Source of the DNA: Myxococcales bacterium
Lineage (GTDB): Bacteria; Myxococcota_A; UBA9160; UBA4427
Direction of reading: 5' to 3'
DNA length: 64,000 nt
Assembly (NCBI GenBank): GCA_014240165.1
Contig: JAAZXM010000011.1
Location: forward strand, 4,305 to 68,304
The notes beneath the pieces were generated by a model. That model worked only from the letters and a program-made list of their open reading frames with translations, was not told the DNA's origin and searched no databases. Every line of letters starts with the position of its first letter. Position 1 is the stretch's first letter. Position numbers and translations under genes: made by a program. Positions 1 through 4,887 of this stretch are shown here, piece after piece.

Positions 1-55
1 GCTGATCCGCCCGGCCAGCAAACCCGAGGACCGCTCGGAGTAGAAGAGCGGAAGT

Positions 56-418
56 TCAGACCAGGAGTTGGCGGAAGATCGACAGGCTCTCGGTTTCCTC
101 GGGATGAACCTCACCGTCGGCCTCGATGAGCCCTTCCATGGTTTCAACGAAGACCCGGCGGTGCTCGGCGGGGATCAGAGTGGGATCGATGCTTTCGGGC
201 CGGGGCGGCACGATCAGCCACTGCTCCACCTGGGCCATCTCGGCCTGGGCCAGGCCCAGGCGTTGCATCAAGCGGCCGGCAAAGGCCCGCTCCTCATCGC
301 GCACCTCGAGATCCGCCCAGGCGAAGGAGCAGACGAATTTCATCAACCGCATGCGATCCGCTTCGTTGAGATCGTCCAACATGCGGGCGACGCTAGCGCG
401 GTATGCTTCGGCCCACAT
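56..418 (-). CDS. TerB-like small protein (tellurite-resistance TerB fold)
   Basis: Uses the internal ATG at 418 of track ORF 56..877, giving 120 aa (MWAEAYRASV...). Two D/E-rich helical half-repeats (FAWADLEVRDEERAF and LIEADGEVHPEETESL) resemble the TerB family. The upstream ~150 codons of the track ORF are P/R/A-rich and overlap the opposite-strand gene, so I treat them as non-coding. Confidence 0.55.
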   Translation of the reverse strand: MWAEAYRASVARMLDDLNEADRMRLMKFVCSFAWADLEVRDEERAFAGRLMQRLGLAQAEMAQVEQWLIVPPRPESIDPTLIPAEHRRVFVETMEGLIEADGEVHPEETESLSIFRQLLV

Positions 419-1187
419 GATGCCTCGACGCCCCACGTTCTGGCCCGGATGGCTCAGCGCCGCCGCCCTTCCCTGCCTCGCTTTGGCCCTCGCCCTGGGC
501 GCCAGCGCGGCGCCGGCCCGGGCGACCGAGCCGCTGGATCTCGAGGGCACCTGGTTCGTATTGATCCATTCCCAGGATCCCCAGAGCGCCAACCCCGAAG
601 CCTGGCGCTGGCGCGACATCACCTGGAATTTCGCCCGCAAGGGCACGCGCCTGCAGTGGACTGAATACCCGTTGGTGATCTTCGAGGACACAACGGGGCG
701 CTTCGAGAAAACCGCGGGCAACCCGCGCAGCCGGGTGCTCGCCGCCTGGGAGCCCAACGCCACCCAGGCGGCCACCATCGCGGCCGGCCCCCGGGTCAAC
801 GACCGGGGCGCGAAGATCAAGACCCTGCGCGGCTCGGACGCCGCCGGTTGGCAGTCGAGCGGGAGGCGACCCACCACCTCGGCCTCGGTGATGGGCTACC
901 ACGAGCAGCTCAGCATCCAGGGCCTCGACGCCCTGCCCGTCTTCGAGCGCCGCGACGCGGTGGGCAACGCGCTCACGAGCCTGGGCGAAGGGCTCACGCG
1001 TTACCAGGTCAAGGAAATCCTCGACGAAGGCCGCACCCTGGTGGGCGAATACGCGCGCGATGGCCGCCACCGCGGCCGCTTCCGCGCCTGGCGGACGCCC
1101 CCGGTCCGTTCGCTTCTCAAGAAGGACAAGACCCCCAACGAGCGCGCCGCAGAAACGATGCAGGGCGGCCCGCCAGCCCAGCGCTGA
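417..1187 (+). CDS. secreted hypothetical protein
   Basis: In-frame ATG at 417 inside track ORF 126..1187. The N-terminus MMPRRPTFWPGWLSAAALPCLALALALGASAAPARA looks like a signal peptide. I recognise no family. Confidence 0.55.
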   Translation: MMPRRPTFWPGWLSAAALPCLALALALGASAAPARATEPLDLEGTWFVLIHSQDPQSANPEAWRWRDITWNFARKGTRLQWTEYPLVIFEDTTGRFEKTAGNPRSRVLAAWEPNATQAATIAAGPRVNDRGAKIKTLRGSDAAGWQSSGRRPTTSASVMGYHEQLSIQGLDALPVFERRDAVGNALTSLGEGLTRYQVKEILDEGRTLVGEYARDGRHRGRFRAWRTPPVRSLLKKDKTPNERAAETMQGGPPAQR

Positions 1188-1205
1188 GGTCGCCCGGCTC
1201 AGGCC

Positions 1206-1365
1206 GCGCGGTGCGGTGCGGTGTGGTGTGGTGCGGTGTGGTGCGGTGTGGTGTGGTGTGGTGCGGTGTGGTGTGGTGCGGTGTGGTGTGGTGCGGTGTG
1301 GTGTGGTGTGGTGCGGTGCGGTGTGGTGCGGTGCGGTGTGGTGCGGTGTGGTGCGGTGTGGTGAG
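1206..1365. repeat. pentanucleotide microsatellite (GTGYG), about 30 copies
   Basis: Direct reading shows 30 uninterrupted GTGCG/GTGTG units at 1211-1360, plus degenerate end units. The array lies between the convergent stop codons at 1187 and 1402. Confidence 0.95.
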
Positions 1366-1401
1366 AGAGTGGAAGTCGCGACGCGGGTCGCAACGGCGCT
1401 C

Positions 1402-2307
1402 TCACTCGCCGGATTCGGGCTCGGTTTCGGACTCGGTTTCGGACTCGGTTTCGATCTCGATGATCTCTGGGGTGGGCAAACGCTGCTGCCGAAGGAAGCG
1501 CACCCAGCCCTGGGTCAGACCCCGCGGCCAGGTGTGTCCCCCCTTGAAACTGCAGAAAACCGTCGGACGCGCGCACCCCTCCGCCTCCGCGCAGCCACCG
1601 CCCAGATCCGTCTCCGTTTCCTCGCAGACGTTGGTCTTGCGCCAGGCCGCGAAGGTGGATCGCCCATCGCGATAGGACACGGCCCGGTCGCGCCGGCCGT
1701 GGGCCACCCAGACCGCGACGGGATTTTGGCAATCCGCCGTCGGACCGCCCCCGCTCACCGGGGCAATCGCGGCCAGCACCGAAGCGCGCTCGCAACCCAG
1801 CAGGTTCGAGAAATACGCCCCGTTCGAAAACCCGCTGCTCACGATGCGATCCCGATCCAGGCATTCGCGCTGCAGCACTTCGCTCACCAAAGCATCGAAG
1901 AGATGAATATCGCGGTTGTCGAACTCATCCTGAGAGAGTTGCCAGCCCGGCTGGGAACGCGAGCCGAGGCCCGGGAAAGTCCGCATCTCGCCCCGAGGAG
2001 CAATGACCACGGCCTGGGGCCAGACCTTGTCCAAGTTCAGTGAATCCAGCAGGCTGCCGGGATTGCTCCCCCAGCCATGCCACAGGAAAACCACCTGGGC
2101 AGGCCCGCCCCGGCCCGCCTTGGGACCGACGGCCACCTCGACCTGACGCTCGAGATCGCCCACAGTCAGCGTCAAAGAGGAGCGCCCTGCTTTCAGCGGG
2201 CAACTCAAAGCCGACGCCAGGCTTTCGGCTGCACTGGCGGCCCCGGATGAAACTGCGAAGAACCCTGCCCCGATCAGCCCAACACAAAATACTCGAAAAC
2301 TCGCCAT
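1402..2307 (-). CDS. secreted esterase, PHB-depolymerase / LpqC-like alpha/beta hydrolase with acidic repeat tail
   Basis: 301 aa with a signal peptide (MASFRVFCVGLIGAGFFAVSSGAASA). It has a nucleophile elbow GFSNGA and the block VVFLWHGWGSNP typical of the esterase/PHB depolymerase family. The C-terminus is EIIEIETESETESETEPESGE. Confidence 0.7.
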   Translation of the reverse strand: MASFRVFCVGLIGAGFFAVSSGAASAAESLASALSCPLKAGRSSLTLTVGDLERQVEVAVGPKAGRGGPAQVVFLWHGWGSNPGSLLDSLNLDKVWPQAVVIAPRGEMRTFPGLGSRSQPGWQLSQDEFDNRDIHLFDALVSEVLQRECLDRDRIVSSGFSNGAYFSNLLGCERASVLAAIAPVSGGGPTADCQNPVAVWVAHGRRDRAVSYRDGRSTFAAWRKTNVCEETETDLGGGCAEAEGCARPTVFCSFKGGHTWPRGLTQGWVRFLRQQRLPTPEIIEIETESETESETEPESGE

Positions 2308-2355
2308 GGCGGGTAGCCTAGCGGTCCTGCCTTGGTTTATCCCGCGAACAGCCCC

Positions 2356-2709
2356 CTAAACCGGGCCCGACCCCGGCAGCAAATTCAATAGGGCGCGGTG
2401 CACCATAAAACCGCCGGCCAGGCAGACGAAAGCCAGGGGATAGGCGAGCCAGAAGCCCAGCCCCAGGCGCTCGGCCAGGACGAAGGGCACGAAGAAGAGC
2501 AAGGTGATGGGCACCGCCAACGCCACGCTCCGGGCCACCGCGATGGTCTGGGTGAAGCTGCCACTGTCGGCGTAGACCATGGGGAGCAGGATCGCGGTGG
2601 AGATCGGCAGGGCAACGAGAAAGCCCGCCAGCGCCGGGTTGCGGCCCGCCAACCAAGACGCGAACGAAACCACGGACCCCGCGATCACGGCCTTCAAGAC
2701 GAACTCCAT
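2356..2709 (-). CDS. small multi-pass membrane protein (possibly DUF3147-like)
   Basis: 117 aa, almost entirely hydrophobic helices. AAGGAGAAGG SD lies upstream of the ATG at 2709. It overlaps the upstream gene end by 16 nt. Confidence 0.6.
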   Translation of the reverse strand: MEFVLKAVIAGSVVSFASWLAGRNPALAGFLVALPISTAILLPMVYADSGSFTQTIAVARSVALAVPITLLFFVPFVLAERLGLGFWLAYPLAFVCLAGGFMVHRALLNLLPGSGPV

Positions 2710-3524
2710 GGGCCTTCTCCTTTGCCGGTTGCGGGCGGCCGGGCGGCCACGGTGGGCCCCGCCTTTTCGGGCGGGCCGCCGCCGGCAAGTCTATCGCGTC
2801 GGGGCCATGCGCCCCGGACCAGCCACGCAAGACCGGCGGCCAGCCAGGCCCCGGCAATCCAGCGCGGATCCAGCAGCGGGGCGCCCAGGGGCGGAGGGGC
2901 GCGCCAGGGTTCGATGGCCAAACGCAGGCCGCCGAAAGCGACTCCAAAGAGCCCCGGTACCCAGCGTGTCGGTGCCCCGGCCAGGAGGCAAGCCACGACC
3001 CCCCATCCCGCCAGTTCCCAGGCGGCCGTTGGATAGGTGGCGCCGGTCAGCGCACGGGTCTGCGCACCCAAATGAGACTCCCACTCGGCCACGGCTCGCC
3101 CCCCGCAACAACCCGCCCACACGCAGCCCAGGCGCGCCACCGCAAAGGCCGGGGCCAGCGCCCGGCTGGCCGCCGCCGCATAGGCGAAGCCGCCCCCGGC
3201 GCGTGCCGGCGCCAGGCAAAGCGGGCCCGCAGGCACAAAAAGAAGCGATAAGCCGGCGCCCGCTCCCCAGATCAGAGAGAGCGGGCCAAGCCCGGCGCCG
3301 AACCCCGCGCCCGCAAGCGGCCCGGCGAACTGGTCGAGATGCAGCCCCGCCCAACCGATGCGGGCCAGAACGGCACCCAGGCCCAACCCCGCGATGAAGC
3401 GCAGCGGCTCGGCCCCGCGAAAGCACACCACCGCAACCCAAAAGGCCGCGATATGGGCCGCGACATGGCCGAGGGCAGAAAGGTGGCCAAGGAAAAGCGC
3501 GGCTGCGTCCAATGCCGCTTCCAT
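2694..3524 (-). CDS. Lgt-family (prolipoprotein diacylglyceryl transferase-like) membrane protein
   Basis: 276 aa, polytopic. Motifs ARLGCVWAGCCGGR, TYPTAAWE and FGGLRLAIEPWR resemble the Lgt blocks GRxGxxxNxxxxG, hPxQLYE and YGxxRFxxEFxR. The assignment is by eye only. Confidence 0.5.
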   Translation of the reverse strand: MEAALDAAALFLGHLSALGHVAAHIAAFWVAVVCFRGAEPLRFIAGLGLGAVLARIGWAGLHLDQFAGPLAGAGFGAGLGPLSLIWGAGAGLSLLFVPAGPLCLAPARAGGGFAYAAAASRALAPAFAVARLGCVWAGCCGGRAVAEWESHLGAQTRALTGATYPTAAWELAGWGVVACLLAGAPTRWVPGLFGVAFGGLRLAIEPWRAPPPLGAPLLDPRWIAGAWLAAGLAWLVRGAWPRRDRLAGGGPPEKAGPTVAARPPATGKGEGPWSSS

Positions 3525-3643
3525 CGCGCGGCCACTCCTGCCGGGAACCGGGCAAGCCGAAGCATGGCGAGCCGCCGCATCGACGGAAAGCGCAAAGGCC
3601 TCAAAAAGGGCTCATACCTTTGCACCGGGATCCTGGCCGACGC

Positions 3644-4171
3644 TCAGTCGCCGGCCTCGGCCAGGTCGATATCCACCATGAGGTCGGCGGCGATCTTTTC
3701 CAGCGCCTCGCGCAATTCTCCGAGCGAGCGTGTGGCAGGCAAATGCAGGAGCGCCGTGGCGCTGAAGAGGGTCTCCCCCGACATGGGGGCCGGGCTGCAT
3801 TGGGTGGAGAGTTCGGCCACGTTCACCCCGATGGCGGCCAGACCGGCAGAGATATCGCGGATGATGCCCGGCCGATCCTGGCCGACGAGTTCCAGGGCAA
3901 GCGAGCGAAAGGGCGCCGGGTCGGCGTCGCCGCGCGCGTCTTCGACGATCACGCGAAGACCCCGATCCTCGAGCTCATGAAGCGCTTTAAAGAGCGCCGC
4001 CGCAGCCTCGCCCGGCACACTCACCTCGAGAATGCCCGCGAAATAGCCGGCCAGGCGAGCCATGCGGCTGCCCTCCCAACTGCCCCCGTGGTCGGCCACG
4101 GTCTCGGCCACCGCTTCCACCAGGCCGGGTTGGTCCGGGCCGATCACCGTCAGAACCAGAGAATTCTTCAT
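3644..4171 (-). CDS. gcvR: glycine cleavage system transcriptional repressor-like protein (tandem ACT domains)
   Basis: 175 aa with two ACT-type modules (LVLTVIGPDQPGLVEAVAETVADHGG and LELVGQDRPGIIRDISAGLAAIGVNV). GGGGAGGG SD precedes the ATG at 4171. Confidence 0.7.
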   Translation of the reverse strand: MKNSLVLTVIGPDQPGLVEAVAETVADHGGSWEGSRMARLAGYFAGILEVSVPGEAAAALFKALHELEDRGLRVIVEDARGDADPAPFRSLALELVGQDRPGIIRDISAGLAAIGVNVAELSTQCSPAPMSGETLFSATALLHLPATRSLGELREALEKIAADLMVDIDLAEAGD

Positions 4172-4206
4172 CGGAGCCCTCCCCTTGCACTCGCTCTTCT
4201 CATTTC

Positions 4207-4272
4207 ATTCATACGTTCTTGCATACGTCCTTGCATCCGTCCTTGCATACGTTCTTGCATACGTGCTTGCTG
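4207..4272. repeat. 12-nt tandem array TTGCATACGTYC (minus strand GCAAGNACGTAT), 4 full copies plus 2 degenerate copies
   Basis: Read directly: ttgcatacgtcc ttgcatccgtcc ttgcatacgttc ttgcatacgtgc, with degenerate flanking units. The array lies 36-101 nt upstream of the gcvR ATG. Confidence 0.9.
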
Positions 4273-4379
4273 ACTTTCACTGCTCTCCAACACGCCGGGG
4301 AACCGGCGCACCGGCAGCACTCTTTTTCGATGAAAAACTCTGACACCCTCAGCGCATTCGGGCCACATAGAGAGCACAT
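4209..4379 (-). CDS. candidate cysteine-rich micro-protein (56 aa), not in the ORF track
   Basis: My own translation of the minus strand. GGGAAGGGGA, then 10 nt, then the ATG at 4379. The product is MCSLCGPNALRVSEFFIEKECCRCAGSPACWRAVKVSKHVCKNVCKDGCKDVCKNV, with TGA at 4211-4209. The 12-nt array equals 4 codons (VCKN/VCKD/GCKD) in this frame. Weak points: only 38 of 56 codons end in G/C, the rare codon GTA is used repeatedly, and another frame is also open. Confidence 0.35.
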   Translation of the reverse strand: MCSLCGPNALRVSEFFIEKECCRCAGSPACWRAVKVSKHVCKNVCKDGCKDVCKNV

Positions 4380-4444
4380 AAAGCAAATATCCCCTTCCCA
4401 GGGAGCCCCGATTCGCCTTTGGCGGGTCGGGGCGCTTTCGTTCT
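4372..4444 (+). ncRNA. candidate short antisense/sRNA, copy A (5' end not defined)
   Basis: The 22-nt core CAAATATCCCCTTCCCAGGGAG (4384-4405) is identical to copy B. It is followed by a plus-strand hairpin and an interrupted T-tract. It is antisense to the SD and start of the minus-strand micro-ORF. Confidence 0.25.
4406..4444 (+). terminator. putative intrinsic terminator (copy A)
   Basis: CCCCGATTCGCC-TTT-GGCGGGTCGGGG forms a 12-bp stem that includes two T-G (U-G) pairs, valid only on the plus-strand RNA. CGCTTTCGTTCT follows. Confidence 0.35.
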
Positions 4445-4589
4445 GGGGTTGCGGAACCTCGTTTTTCGAAAACCCGCGTTCGCCTCAGGACTCCTCGCAC
4501 GACCGGCTGGGACCCGCGAGCGCCCCCGCTCCAATTTTCTCGGATTCGCGAAAAAATCTGACACCTTCGCCGGCTCGCGCCCACTTACT

Positions 4590-4658
4590 GAGTGCATCCA
4601 AATATCCCCTTCCCAGGGAGACCCGGCTCGCCGCAAGGTGAGCCGGGTCACTTTTTTT
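4590..4658 (+). ncRNA. candidate short antisense/sRNA, copy B (5' end not defined)
   Basis: The same 22-nt core at 4599-4620 is followed by a strong hairpin and T7. The hairpin sequence differs from copy A but base pairing is preserved. Confidence 0.3.
4621..4658 (+). terminator. putative intrinsic terminator (copy B)
   Basis: ACCCGGCTCGCC-GCAA-GGTGAGCCGGGT forms a 12-bp stem with one G-T wobble that pairs only on the plus strand, and a GNRA-type loop. CAC and seven T follow (4652-4658). Confidence 0.55.
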
Positions 4659-4817
4659 GGGGCATCCCAAAGCGCCCGCAAAGCAGCGCCCGCAAAGCGG
4701 GCGACAGGCCGAAAGTTTCGGGGAACCCGCAAAGCGGACGCAGCGCAGAGGAAGCCCGGGACGATCACGCCCGGTGGGTGTCGAGCCGACGCGCTGCCCG
4801 ATCTCGGGCCCTTCTTC

Positions 4818-4887
4818 GACCCGCTCTGAGTGATCCGCTCTCGGTGACCCGCTCTCAGTGATCCGCTCTCAGTGACCCGCTCTCAGT
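4818..4887. repeat. 14-nt tandem array GAYCCGCTCTCAGT, 5 copies
   Basis: Read directly: gacccgctctgagt gatccgctctcggt gacccgctctcagt gatccgctctcagt gacccgctctcagt. The last unit contains the stop codon (TCA at 4883-4885 on the plus strand) of the acetyl-CoA synthetase gene. Confidence 0.9.

Noticed and set aside
848-2043. ORFs 848..1675 (+), 1060..2043 (+) and 1199..1864 (-) reading through the pentanucleotide array (CGVVWCGVVR... and HTAPHHTTPH...).
   Set aside because: A 5-nt unit keeps all frames open by construction. The flanking parts overlap the esterase gene or are P/R-rich. There is no SD.
4340-4371. A sigma70 promoter reading of CTGACA (4340-4345 and 4558-4563) as the -35 box for the plus-strand RNAs.
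   Set aside because: There is no acceptable -10 hexamer at 16-19 nt; only CCACAT and CCACTT are present. The conserved block is equally explained as codons of the minus-strand ORFs. I keep it only as an open possibility.
4168-4584. The 138-aa minus-strand ORF and ORFs 4219..4641 (+), 4349..4768 (-), 4419..4829 (+) and 4592..4861 (+) spanning the duplicated modules. This includes the frame giving QARMQERMQGRMQGRMQERMNEM, which ends in an ATGA overlap with the gcvR start.
   Set aside because: The frames are not conserved between the two module copies, which differ by 1-nt and 3-nt offsets. Composition is R/P/S-rich and there is no SD at the internal Met (ATG at 4368). The ATGA-coupled frame is not fully excluded and is listed as the alternative in the micro-ORF finding.
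4207-4887. CRISPR interpretation of the tandem arrays here and at 1206-1365 and 45145-45248.
   Set aside because: The units are directly adjacent with no unique spacers and are far shorter than CRISPR repeats. No cas genes lie in the window.
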